Of a stretch of 64,000 nucleotides of DNA, positions 51,806 through 64,000 are shown in pieces. The notes under the pieces are model-generated. The model was not told the origin of the DNA and made no database searches. It was given only the letters and a program-made list of their open reading frames with translations. The DNA is taken from positions 1-64,000 of the forward strand of contig RBZT01000328.1 in NCBI GenBank assembly GCA_003693705.1, written 5' to 3'. The stretch is from Polymyxa betae A26-41. Lineage: Eukaryota > Protista > Endomyxa: Phytomyxea. Each line of letters opens with the position of its first letter. Positions within the stretch are counted from its first letter, which is position 1. The position numbers were made by a program, and so were the translations under genes.

Positions 51806-53921
51806 TCAACCTTCAACAAGCTGATCGTTCACATAATTCCTAGTAATTATCTCTCCGTTTGATAGGGAAATTACAGCCCGCCCATTTCTCAAGAAATCAA
51901 TGAATTCACCCTCGAATGACGTCCCATCGGCTAGGCGGCAGATTGCCTTGCCATTCAGCTTTCCGTCTGGGAGCAACACTTTACCAAAGCATTCGATTCC
52001 GCATCGATTACGATTACCAATCCATTGACCCTCGATTGAGACTTTGGCATGAGCATAAAGGAATTTGCCCGAGCCAGTACGACGTCCTTGGACCCAATCG
52101 CCATCATACACGTTCCCGTTCTGGTATACCATGACACCGTTTCCATTGGCAACATCCTCCTCCCAATTGCCTGTATAGTCAGATCAATCCAGAGCGGACA
52201 GAGCTGTCTGTACTTCACGAACCGATGTACCTTCTCCTGCCAAAATTCAGCGCACCGAACCCAGATCGAGCTGATCGCAGGAAGCGCCCCGAATAAATCA
52301 ATGACGTCTGGGACTGTGTATAGATACCATCACCCGACATTTCATCCTGTTCCCAGGCGCCCTACATTGCTTTAGCCTGCAATTATCATCAATAATTTGC
52401 AGCTCTTGCCGCATAAACGGTGCCATCGATCCAGGTCATGGTTCCTTGACCATGGCGATGTTCGCCTGAAACCTGGCCTTCATATCGCCCACCGTCTTTA
52501 AAATATAGAACACCTGATCGACCATCCCCGCTGCTGCCACCAAAATCGCCTTCAAATCGTGTACCAGACTGTACGAATTGAATCTCACAGTGACCTATCA
52601 AAACTGACATTACCCAAGGAAACACACTTTAGTAAAAGCCTGATTCGGAAATTACGAAACTAAATTCGGAAAATGCCAAAGATGGGAGCCTAATGGCGAA
52701 ATACAGACCTGACAGCCATCCTTCTATCCAGGTTCCGATATGAATCTCTCCAATCTCACTATATGTAAGTCGACCTTGACCATGCGCAACCCCATTCCTA
52801 AAATACCCTTCATAATGATCTGTAACGTTGATCAATGATGATCTACAATGCCATAGAGAGGTAGACCCGACCTCCTCCAGACCAGAACATTCGTCCGAAT
52901 CCCATGATGTTCCCATCGCAGAACTGACCACGGTACTGATTGCAGGCGGCGTCGGGGCCGTTATTCGATGATTGGGTCAGGACGCCAGAGCCCAAGATCC
53001 GCCCGTTGAAAAAGTCGCCTACATATCGGTCGCCGTTGCCGAACTCCAGCTCTCCACGTCCATGCTGGCAATTATGTCGCCAGGAGCCAGTATAGCGCAT
53101 GCCTGTTGCTAAATCGACCATGACGCCGTATCCATTCACTAATTGAAGTCTCAGAAACGACACCAAGATATTCTGAAGTGTTTACACATATCATTCTTCC
53201 ATTGACCCTCGAAGATCAAATTATCGATCTTATATCGCCCCTCGCCGTTTCGGGCACCGTCCATTAATGGCGCCCCGGTCCACTGCCCGTAGAAACGAGC
53301 CGGTGTTTGCTCTTCGACCTCATCGTCAAAATCATCCTCGTCATCATCCTCGTCCTCATCATCTTCGTCTTCTACCGTCGCCTCTTCTTGATTCGAGCTC
53401 ACCTAAGAAGGCCGTAAATCAAAGACAATTTTGTGTTCGGGTTCAAATGCCTTTAGGGCATTAAACTGTTCGATCATGGCCTCCTCTGTTCGGTATCCAA
53501 CACTGGCTCTTCTGAGACATGTCACCCATTTCTGACATTCTTCATCGTTCGATGCCTTCAGAGAGATCTTCGACTTGCCGGGATTAAAAATCGAGATGAT
53601 GCCGGCGACCTGGCCCCTGATAAGATAGCCCGAGTTTAAGATGCAAAAAATCTCTTGGCGAGAGGTTTTTTCGTCCGAAACAAGCAGCTGGCTGCCTTTC
53701 AGCTGAAAGTAACGCTTGGTCCAGGATTCTGATGGTTTGCTGCCAGATGCTGCTGCTGTGTATCCATATTGACAGACCATGAGCTCTCCTTCAATAATGA
53801 TAAAGTCGGGGGTTTTCTGACATCCTGAAAGAGGTGATATCAGAAGATCTGAGGGATCTGTCCGCTGAGGCGGCTGCCCTAACAGAGCCAATGCTGGCGG
53901 TTTAACCTTAGTTGCCTGCAT
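51806..53921 (-). CDS. PH domain + MORN repeat protein (multi-exon, start uncertain)
   Basis: WTKRYFQLKGSQL..LKASNDEECQKWVTCL (PH), acidic linker, and many YxGxW/F..HGxG MORN repeats. Confidence 0.85.
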
Positions 53922-54258
53922 ACAGAACACGTAGCCTGAAAGCTTTACTTGGGCATGCGCCAAAGCAGCCCTCAAAAAATCTCATTTATGAGGTAATTCC
54001 ATTTTATTTTCATGGTTTTACTAGTAAGCTGATGGCGATAAACATTTATTTATGTTTTAACCTTGAAGAGACAGTTGCCAAATCAACTGTAGCCAATTGA
54101 TGCTACGAAGTAAATGGGATTCGTTCCTTTTGTTTGTTAAGGTTGTTCAGGGTTTTGTGGGTTGAGCATCGACAGTAACGCGCGGCCTTCCTCGTTAGAT
54201 TGTCAATTTTGAAGAAGTTTCGAAGTTCATTTGGGTGGTGAAGCCTTGGTCAGTTTGG

Positions 54259-55477
54259 ATGCAATGTAAGCAACACAATCCTCTTTGGCTACCAAACCAG
54301 CCACATAACTCCTGTTATTTGCTTTGCCCTCAAGCTGAACTGGATTTGGACAACACTGAGCGTGTCTGCCTACCCAGCCATCAGTATATCGGGTTCACCA
54401 ATAACCCCCCTCGTCGCCTTCGTCAGCATAATCGCGAGATCAAGGGTGGTGCTCGACATACTTCTCGCTTGGCTCCTTGGCAGATGATTTGTGTCATTGT
54501 TGGATTTCCTACACAAACTGCAGCCCTTCAATTTGAATGGGCCTGGCAGGTCGTGGTGCACGTCAATATCCATTCAATTCCCGATTCATAGTCTTTCAGC
54601 ATCCCAGACATAGTAGCCGTTTGCGACCAATTTATGGGCAATTTACGACATGGCTTCGGCGTTCAGGAAGTAATGTTCGGAAGCGTCAGAGTGGCGTTCA
54701 TGGCACAGCAATAGGCGTTACGTCATTGTTTGCTAAATTTGCTCTTCTACATTCTATGATTCAAATATCGCCATGGTCACATTTCGATCTTCATCTTAGG
54801 TTTCCGGCTGCCCTGCTTGATTATTTGTCACACATCTCACTTAAGCCTGCAGGTATCTCCACCCTTTATGCAATTTGTTCCTCGAGGTGTGTCCAGACCT
54901 AATTGAAAACGTGAAGCTGTCGTCAGCAACGTACTCCTTTGGATATTTCACAGATATCATGCTGCTGTCGTTTGCCAGCTCCGCTATTGATGATGGTGCT
55001 GTTCCGTATTTTACTGCTATCAACATTGTAATATTTTGTTCAGAAGATATCGACGAACAGACGGACAAGAAATGTCATCTTTGTTTTAATCATAAAACCA
55101 GTGCTGTGAGTAATGGAATGCGTTTTATGGAAATTCTGATAGATCAGTTTCAGACTAAATTCGGTTGCTGTGAACATTGTAAATGTATCATGCATATTAC
55201 TTGTCTGTGGATATCTTCGCTTCGCGACCAGTTGTTACCTTCACAAGTAATTTGCCCTAAGTGCAATGAATCAGTTTCGTGGTCGACATTCCTTGGCAGA
55301 AACAAGTTCGTTTGTAGCATCCATCATGTATCGTTTCCCTTAGTCCATGACAGAGAAATTATTGCAGACGTGTCGCTCGCGACCTTGATCAAAGACCAGC
55401 CCGGCTCTGACCATGAAAACCGTTCAGATCCCACTAACTATTACGACCTTGTCAGCGATTGCGATTCAGAAGATTGA
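54259..55477 (+). CDS. SLX1: Structure-specific endonuclease SLX1 (GIY-YIG + Cys-rich domain)
   Basis: [45 protein letters not shown]; C-terminal CHLC..HITCL..CPKC. Confidence 0.93.
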
Positions 55478-55762
55478 TTCCCCGATCTATAAAGTGCAAA
55501 CATTATAAATATTGAGTAATCCAATGGACATCGCATGTAAGCAGATATGCAAATAGCGAATCAGAATAGTATATGACTGAATAACTGTATAGAATGCCAT
55601 TAGATCAGAATACGAAAGATTTTATCGTGATTCACACAAATATCATCTATCTCACCATCTGACTGTAAATTGAAATTGCGCGCCTTGTTATCATCAGATT
55701 CAATACGATTCTCCTTGTTAGCTCTATCTTCGTACCCTCGACCGCGATTACCTTTACTGGCG

Positions 55763-57172
55763 ATGTTGGACGAACAACAGCTTCTGGGCATGCCCAGGCG
55801 CGAACTCCAAGATCTTGCTAAGGCCAACGGGATTCGTGCCAACCTTAAGGTGCCTTACAAATCCTACTGATTTAGTCGCCTGTTTTTATAGTTGATCCTT
55901 TAGTCATCTGAAATTATAAAGAAGCTGCTTTCGTCAAAGGAAATCAAAAGTGTCGACGAAAACTCTGTTGAAAACATTGGCGATGAAAATGGTGCTTCTG
56001 GCGATGCCGACAAGGGTATAGATTCGGGTCTTATAAAGCATTCAGATCAAGGAGAAGGCTCCGAACCATCAGAAGCTGGTATGAAAGAACAGATACCTGA
56101 TAAGGCTCAGATCGACCCTAAATGCCCCGCTCTAAAAGACCAATTAGAATCTGCAAGAGAAGGCTCCGAATCACCAGAAGCCGATTTGAAAGAACAGATA
56201 CCAGTTTCTGAGCCTCAGATTGATCCTCAACGCCCCGCTATAGAGAACCAGTTAGAATCTGAAGGAGAAGGCTCCGAACCATCAGAAGCTGAAATGACAG
56301 AACAGATACCTGATTCTGAGACTCAGATTGAGCCTCAATTCCCCGCTTTAAAAAATCAGTTAGAATCTGCGAAAGAGGAAATTATAAATCCGGTTGCCAA
56401 CCCTGTGTCTGATATCTTTCCGGAAAATGAAGGATCTCAGGAAGAGAACTCTGTAAATGGACCTGCTCTTTCTGCTGCCTTTTCATCGCTTTCTCCCCGA
56501 TCTGTTCATGTTTCCGATCAAGAGCCTGAATGCGAAGAGGCGAATTCTGGTAATGATATGGAACGGGATGTCGTGAAAGAATCATCGCGAGCTGATGCTG
56601 AAGTGTCAGAGAATGTTCAGGAAGCTCTAGACACATATAGGAAGATAGCTATGGAATCGTCTGCTGCATTAGATAACCATGGCTGCAAAATTCCAGAAAC
56701 TCCAGCCTCTAAAAAAACTGCTGTCTCGACCCAGAAGAAAGCTACTGGCAAGAATGACCCGGCTTCTGCCAAAACAATCAAACCAAAGTTTGATCTACAA
56801 GAAAGTCTCTCTAGACCAATTAACTGGGAAATGAAGAAAGGTCGGTTTTGGCAATTGCGATTACATCTGCTATCCAGCCTATTTTATGTTCACTTAGGTC
56901 CCCTACCGCCGGTTTCCGTTCAGATTTTAGAGGATCCAAACCGCCTATGCCTTTGGTCGCCATCCAGAATGGCTGAACGGAAAAAAGAATTCAAGAATAA
57001 CGATTTTGGCGGTACGAAGAGGCGACTGGAGGGATATCTGGCTGATGGTTAGCTAAATCACTTGTTCTGAATACCTTGACATTCAATTCGTATAGGACGT
57101 TCAAAGCTTAGCGAAACGGTTCGTGATCACAGAAAAGCTCAAGAAGCAATTGAGGTTCAAGATAAATTATAA
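55763..57172 (+). CDS. NuSAP-like protein (SAP-like N-terminus, conserved C-terminal motif)
   Basis: RRELQDLAKANGIRANLK and KFDLQESLSRPINWEMKKG resemble the NUSAP1 motifs LQNLAKSLGLRAN and FDLKASLSRPLNYEPHKG. Confidence 0.7.
56051..56371 (+). repeat. Coding tandem repeat, 3 x 105-108 bp (acidic EGSEPSEA..EQIP..QI.P..PAL..QLES)
   Basis: Units start at 56051, 56156 and 56264. Confidence 0.9.
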
Positions 57173-57222
57173 ATTTTATACTTGTGATGGTAGATTTATA
57201 CAGTATTTGACAATGTCGTCTA

Positions 57223-58691
57223 TCAATTAATGTTGATATTCCTGTATCCTGACATCAGATTTCCGGATGCTTTGGATGAGATTCTTGACCCTTGGGATTC
57301 TAGCACTGCCATATAATCAGCCATAGCTAATCTTGACTCTCCCGCCTTTTGGTATGCTTCTGCACGAGCCTTCAGTAGCTCATTGCTATGAGGTCGCTCA
57401 TCCAGTGCCAATGTGTAATCATCAATCGCATCGGCGTAATTTTTCAGAGCAAAATTGACGGTTGCACGTTCAATGAACACCTGAACGGGTACAGGAGCCA
57501 AATCAACACATTCATTTAGCAGAACCAATGCCTTATCGTAATGTCCCGTCTCTGAGAACAAGGTAGCCTTTGGCAGTAGAAGATCCAGCAAACTGTACTC
57601 AGAGTAAGTGCAACGAATCCCAAATTCTGACAAATGTTGTACGATTACCTTTTCTTAGTTCTCACGTGGGTTCCAGAAATTGAGATGGCTTTCCGGAAAT
57701 CAGCAATGGCCTTCTCAATATTGCCTAACTGCTTATAGGCAACTCCTCTGTTGTGATACGTTGATGCGAATTCAGGATTTAGCTCGATGGATCGGTTGAA
57801 ATCGTCAATACTGGCATGCGTCATTCGGAGCTTCTGGCGTAGATAACCACGATCGAAATAGGTGTGAAAGTCGTCAGGGTTGAGATCGATCGAAATGTTA
57901 TAATGCCACATGGCTTTCTCGTAATCACGTTTAGCGAAATGACATTCGGCGATGTAGTAATGGATTTTAGAAGAAAGAGCCGGTGTCAAGTTACGATCCA
58001 GGCTTAAAGATTCTTCGAAATAAGCTGCTGCTTCTTCAATTTGTTTAGCCTTGAACAAGGTCACACCAGTGTCGAAGCGAGAGCATCGCGATTCATCTGA
58101 TAACATTTAAATTAATGATCAGAGATCAATTAGAGTTTTGGACTGTTTAGTTGCTCATCTAACACCTAGGGTCATCATAGAATGATCTGGTGACTCATCG
58201 TGAAAGTGAGAGTTGACTAATTTCGAAAACCCCACCAGACTAACCGAACTGAAATACTGATATCTTGCGAGAATAGATATATATTATAATCGTTGATCTG
58301 ATGCTTTTAATATTAGAAAGCAGTAAAACGAACAATTGAAGGGCGCTTATCAACAAACAGCACGATACAGAACTTTCACCAATGTTGTTCTGATTGTGAT
58401 AGTAATAAATCGAACTGTTGAATAGATAGCTGTATATGATGTAACATAATTTGCTATCATTCTCTTGCGATATTTTCGATGTCGTTCTCTTATAAGCTGG
58501 ATTTCGTCCTGGGCCAGATCACGAATCCGATCAATCTTGGCAGCGACTCTCTTCCGCTTACGAAAATCGTCTGAGCATATCGATCGATGGCAGAGCTCTG
58601 GAATCGGGCAGATGACCGGGCGCTTCTCTTCTATGGGTTCCAGCATTACAGGCCAGATAACCGGCGACAACTGCTTCAGCGACATAAACAC
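57223..58691 (-). CDS. TPR-repeat protein (multi-exon, 5' end uncertain)
   Basis: YFDRGYL..DFNRSIELNPEFASTYHNRGVAY..AIADFRKAI; AIDDYTLAL. Confidence 0.8.
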
Positions 58692-59601
58692 ATGAATACG
58701 TGATGCAGATAACAGCTGTGTGGATCAGGTAGATAGGCAGAGAAATGAAGCCCGAGAACGCTTGAGTGAAGATTTTTCTTTTATCAAAACTGACCAAAAA
58801 ACCCTCACGACTGGACTTGACAACTACGGGACTCACGCGGCGCACTATTTTCGGCTCGGTCAACAAGTGGTATACTCACGAGTGACATCCTCATTCCGTC
58901 ATCCCTCCATACATTCGGCATTTTCGCTCATTATGTCCAATATGTGGCCAACATGACAAAGCCCGATCCGAGTTATAAATAACTGCATATTCTGGAAGTT
59001 TCTGTGCCCACGCCGAGTGCAGACCGGCCGGTATGGATTCAGGGGAGCTGTTTCGGGAACCGAATCGATCGCATTCTTACGTGGGGGAGCGGTTTGTATT
59101 AAAGCCTCGACACACAATACAGCAATCCCTGTACGGTACAAGGTATTGGGTTTGTCCAGTCAAAGAGTCTAAGCAGCCTGCTCTTCATTCAAACCTGTTA
59201 TTCTGTACTGTGTATGTTCAGTTTTGTATGTAACAAAAACTACAAAGTGATGTATTGGAGACAGAATCTGGTATTAAATTACCAGGAGTCGTCCAACTGC
59301 CTTGCAATTATTGGTAGTGGAAGATCCCAAAATCATTGAAGATAATCAGCCATGCCATTGAATGTTGAAATTTAGTTTTCAAAAAATGACGAAATAGACA
59401 TACAGTTGGCAGAGAAATGTCTAAAATGCAACAATTTAAAAAAAATGATGTATTGGCAGTGAGTAACAGTTATACAGACACAGTGGGATACTTTGACCGT
59501 CCCAATCTGTATTTCCGCACCTAAATACCCGTTAAGAAAGCTTTTTCAACCGGCAACTTTTCAAGAAGTCTGTGTGCATCAAGCCTCTCTGAATATCAAC
59601 C

Positions 59602-60034
59602 ATGTGTAAGCTCTGCTAATTGTCAAGAGCTCAATTCTGAAGATACAACAGCTTCGTGTGTTTGCCCTGCATGCAAATGTGCTGCCATGAATTTGGGCGT
59701 TCCCGCTGAATGCAGTCAAGATTGTCGGTGCTGTCTTCTTATTGGAATGCTTTGTTTCTAATGTTGTTTAGGTGGTAACTGCTCGTGCCAATCTGGTTGC
59801 TCTTGCCCGTCATGTCCTACCAACAATAAGAGTTCTGAAGGCTGTGGCTGTGCGAGAACCGGGAAATGCATCTGTGGCCCTTTGTGCACCTCATTAGCTT
59901 GCCCTGCTAAAATTAAGCAAGTTGTTCTCGATAATTGCAATTGTGCTCAATCTGGCGTTTGCCAATGTGGACCTAATTGTGGATGCTCTGGCTGTCCATG
60001 CAAGCAGGCTGAAGGTGTTTTCTCAGAAAGTTAA
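59602..60034 (+). CDS. Metallothionein-like protein, 3 exons (59602-59605, 59652-59723, 59772-60034), 112 aa, 25 Cys
   Basis: GT-AG introns of 46 and 48 nt give MSSCVCPACKCAAMNLGVPAECSQDCGNCSCQSGCSCPSCPTNNKSSEGCGCARTGKCICGPLCTSLACPAKIKQVVLDNCNCAQSGVCQCGPNCGCSGCPCKQAEGVFSES. Confidence 0.88.
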
Positions 60035-60085
60035 TCGCATTTGTACATGAACCAATAAACGTTAGTTGCCTGCTTAAGCATATAT

Positions 60086-62010
60086 TTAATTCCTTATATT
60101 TTGGTTCAATTCGACTTGAACAGCAGAATGATTGATATCGGATCCAGATTTTAAAGACTCCAATCCTGCCTTTGGATGGAGCAAGGAAGGTGGAGTCAAT
60201 AATGCCAGTCCGTACAGGGAAAAGCTTAGAATGAATAAAACCAGGAACGGCATGTATGGTGCTTTCATTCTGATGGAAAAGTCCCAAAGTGTTCCAATTA
60301 GTACTGGCCCAAGGCTTCTGCTCACACAAGCTAATGTTTGGCCGAGACCGTTGACAGCACCGCGATTTTCACTCGAAGCTGAATTATTGACGAGCAAATC
60401 TAGAATCGAGTGATAAGGTGATGAATGTGAATGATTAACACTCTACTGACTGCTGCATGTGAATGATGTGGTTGTTGGAAGACCCACTATTAGCATCAAA
60501 GGGATCGTTGTAGCCCAATGACCAATAGGAAACACATTGGCTGTATATAAGCAGGCCAGTGGTAGTAAAAGCGAAAATGATAGCAATATTGAGGCTAACC
60601 TCAGTAATGATATTATCCCGAATCTGGAAAAGAGTGCTCAGTTAAAGAATGGGAGAGCAGATATAATTACTTCTTGGCCAGCTTTGGATAGCAGAACATC
60701 TGGAATGCACATAATGCAGCTCCCTCAACTGCGAATAAAACGCCAACCTGATATGAGAAACGGTGTAAGATTCTTATATAGATGTATTCAAAAACTCACC
60801 TCTGTAGAAGACATTCCTAATGCCTGAAACAATATGGGCAAAAGAGTTACAGTGGCGATATGAAGCTAAGAGCAGAGTTATTCAAAGCCAGCCAGCCACA
60901 TTTGCAATATCAGCATACAATACAAACTGTGGCGTAAGTGATTGTTGCAAGCACAACTCCTCGATCTCGAATTATTGCCTTGGCCAGATTTTACGAATGG
61001 CTTTGAACAGTTAATAAATTTTTACCGAAATGGAGTCTTGGGATGGCTCTTTCGCCATTGCATTGGTAGCAGAACAATCAGCACACCTGATGGATCCGGA
61101 CTGCTTTTTGTTAAGGAATGCTGATGTTTCAGGAAGGAAGATGAAGCTGAGAACAAAAACTATTGCAGCAAACACAGCGCTAAGCAGGTGTTGTGTTTAA
61201 TCGCTTGTCATCCTCATTCCAACCGTACCGACCTTACAATCCCAGGCAAGAAAGCATAAGGCATTCCAGGGGCTTTACCCCCTAGGATGCCACCTGCTAG
61301 AGGGGAAACCACAGACGCTGCCGCATACACTACTGCAATAAATGCAAAAGCGGATGCCTGGTTTTCTGATGTAGTAACCTTGACTTAGCTGAGCACTAAA
61401 CTAGTGAAACAGCTCATCATACCTCGCCAAGGTACGATTTCAGAACTCCAAGATTGCCTTCGGACCCATTAGCAAAACATAGAATGGCCCGCCACTGAAA
61501 TCAACCCTACCATTCAGCAGCCCGATAAGGAATCTTACTGCCAATGCATACATAAACGTGTTGGACACGGCAAATAGGGCTGTAGCTACAATAGAAGCAG
61601 CCGTTCCCGAAAGAAGAACCGGACGGCGACCTAAATTAGCAGGAAACAGAAATCGGGATTGATAAATGATATTGTATCTCTTCTTACCAATTTTGTCGCT
61701 CGCCCAACCCCAGAGGAAACTTGAAAAGAAGGCAGCAAGGAAGAAAGAACCAGATAATATACCCGAGCTTCGACCGACTTGAGTCGCCAGTTCCTCGGCA
61801 GTTATAAAAGGCTGATCCTTGGCGTAAAATTCAGACACAATGTAGGGCATAATGGATACCCTGAGCATTGTTCAATGCAGCTAGGTAGCATGGTTAGCGA
61901 ACTGACATAATTGTCCCTTGAACAGCTTCTAAAGCCTGTATCAAGCCCAAAGAAAAGTACAGATACGGTGTCATGGACGAAGCACCTTGTCTCGGGAAAC
62001 ATGACAGCAT
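60086..62010 (-). CDS. MFS transporter, ZIF1/ZIFL-like (multi-exon)
   Basis: FLWGWASDKIG/RRPVLL (motif A), RFLIGLLNG/NLGVLKSYLGE, LVNNSA..NRGAVNGLGQT..SRSLGP. Confidence 0.85.
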
Positions 62011-62349
62011 AGTTTGTTTTGAAATTCGATAACAGATTTGAGCTAAATCTCAATAAACGGAAGCCAGTGACGCGATCTGTTGGTGAAGGAGAAATACAGG
62101 ATATGATAGATCGAACGTCAGAAAGACCCGGAAGGTCGGGTCAGTGGATTGAGCCACTAATGATACGGATAATATTGCGTCTGACCCGTCAAGCCTTCAG
62201 ATTGTTACAGTAGGCTGGCCGGGAGGGTAACTCCAACTATCGATGGAACCCTCATCCCTCTGTTAAAAGCCGCTGAGCCTCCGGATGCTGTTCTGCATCT
62301 GAAGTGCCAAACTCATATGGACGGCACTTTTATTCGATATCGCAAAATT

Positions 62350-64000
62350 TTAAATCTCCTTGTAGAAGGACCCAGACCGGAATGGGAGCCCGTTTATAAC
62401 ACTCGAATGCCGCCGGGTGATAAACGTCTCATTCAACGGAGGCAAGGACGCCCTTGTCAGATTTTTAGACGACAGCCGATAAGAGTCCTCTGGGTCGACA
62501 TCCAATGCGCTAATTGGCATAGACTCGGTTGAAAGCTCGCGATTAGGAGCACAGACAAAATTCCTGTGCATACTGTCAAGAAACCTTTGCATGTACAAAA
62601 TTGGTGGGAGAATGGTAGGTGCGTCTTTCTCTATGAAACTTTTGACAGTCGTTTCTACTTTCTTATCGAGACTGTAGAATCTGAATACGAGATGAGGCAG
62701 CGTCATTCCAATCTCAAACATATTTTGCACTTTACCGAATATAGTCGATGATACCAACAATCAGCCTTTGGGGAGGGGTCTTTCTGACACCGATTAAAAC
62801 AGAATAATCCATGATGTCGAGATTAGCTAAAAACCTAGCATCATTCTCTAAAGCTTTATGAAGAAGCTGCGACGATTCTGTTAGAAGTGGTAATGGATTT
62901 CCTTGGGTAAATAAAGCAAAATTTTCATCTTGAAGAACCTATATGCGAACATCTCATTAACTTGAATCAATCCGATTTTGGAAGTTACTTGTCCAGAAGA
63001 TGTCTCATTTGGGTTTACAAAATCTTCAGCATTAATATCAATCCAATCAGCATTCGACTGCAGCTTGTGACAAGCATGCTTGGCATCTGACGATGATTGA
63101 TCTCTGACCAACCGTCCTACATGCTTGGTATGAGTGCACGATTGTTTATTCTTTAGCAACAAACCTGATGCTTTGCCTTTCAAGTCAAAAACATGGTCTA
63201 TCAAGGGATCGTTCAGTAGATTCGGCATCAATATGTAAAACTTTGATAAATTTGAAGGAAAAGTGATCTCAAAGATACCAAGAATTGGCGTCAAAGCACT
63301 TGCGTGTTCTTGGAAGATATGATTAGCGATATACTCGAAATAATCAGGAGCTAAGTTGGTAAATGTTTTGGCCTGTTGACAATTAGCACATCATTGGCAG
63401 TGACGAAGCGAAATTAGACCTCAGTGGCATTAATTCTCTTTAAAATCAGGCGACGATCCCAGGTCCTAATGAAGGAGGCATTGCTTTTACCGCCCTTGGC
63501 CGCCCAGTCACGTGACTTGGCCAGCGAATCGATGACAGCGTAATTATTGTCACACAAACAATGTCTCAAGGCCTATCCACAATTTCACAAGCTGTAGAAT
63601 TGATACTGCTTCATACCTGGAATTGCTGTGCAAAACCGACCCACACGCGTCCTACATTCAGAATAAGAACTAGACCAAATATTGAATTCACTCAAAGTAC
63701 CTGCATCTCCACAGTCGACAGTAACGGCGAACTTGGCAGGAATGGAACCGTGCTTTACAGATCGAAGGACCGATTCACAGCTGTCCTGACCACTATCCGA
63801 GATTGCCGGTAAAAGTGACGCTTGCAGAACCTATGGCTGGGTGATCAACGGCTTACAACTCGATCATTAATCCGGTCACCTTCTCCAATGGCGTTAGCCG
63901 CAATTCTGCTGGAATATCAGCAATTGATCGTTTGCCCATAATGAAAGCAGCATGCTGCAATGACGATAAGGCATGAGCAATCAGCGTTGATACCTGAAAC
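62350..64000 (-). CDS. FAB1/PIKfyve-type phosphoinositide 5-kinase, 3' part (runs off the window)
   Basis: WAAKGGKS, FDLKG, IMDYSVLIG, spliced GIIDYIR/FYSLDKKVETTVK..PTILPP..Y..RF. Confidence 0.85.

Noticed and set aside
59572-59578. Reverse TGCACAC (metal-response-element core) just upstream of the MT ATG
   Set aside because: Single 7-mer, probably within the 5' UTR, and MTF-1/MRE regulation is an animal system; chance is likely.
59758-59940. 60-aa minus-strand ORF rich in Q/H
   Set aside because: Antisense of the metallothionein exon.
3341-64000. Apparent premature stops and frameshifts suggesting pseudogenes or an alternative genetic code
   Set aside because: Every case I examined resolves with a short GT(GC)-AG intron under the standard code.
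27801-64000. Co-occurrence of FYVE, PH, MORN and FAB1-type genes as a phosphoinositide cluster
   Set aside because: Common domains interspersed with unrelated housekeeping genes; no evidence of functional clustering.
1-64000. CRISPR arrays, rRNA genes, intact tRNA genes, operon-type defence systems
   Set aside because: None seen; the sequence is eukaryotic and the long-unit tandem repeats are in-frame coding repeats without spacers.

Overview
Gene-dense eukaryotic DNA with many short (mostly ~45-60 nt) spliceosomal introns, so the ORF track shows only exon fragments. I joined exons by eye, so gene ends are approximate unless stated. The gene style, TTTTAGGG-like motifs and a ciliary transition-zone gene suggest a flagellated protist, plausibly a plasmodiophorid (Phytomyxea); this is inference only. 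Bases 1-2.9 kb are a decayed transposon region: a frameshifted LINE APE-endonuclease fragment, a PBS/LTR-like junction, a tRNA-like head and telomere-like repeats. The rest holds about 26 protein genes. Recognisable ones are GET4, eIF4B, ETFDH, cardiolipin synthase, a TLC-domain protein, UBA1, RPL32, UTP7, SEN1, TMEM218, EXO84, YIPF1/2, SLX1, a NuSAP-like protein, a ZIF-like MFS transporter and a partial FAB1-type PIP kinase. The most notable items are: (1) a 3-exon, 112-aa, 25-Cys metallothionein absent from the ORF track, lying tail-to-tail with the ZIF-like transporter; (2) a membrane protein with two tandem Cache-like sensor modules and no output domain; (3) a DOMON-ferric reductase fusion; (4) a PH-PH-RGS-FHA protein; (5) two secreted effector candidates (Kunitz inhibitor; Pro-rich NTF2/SnoaL-like).
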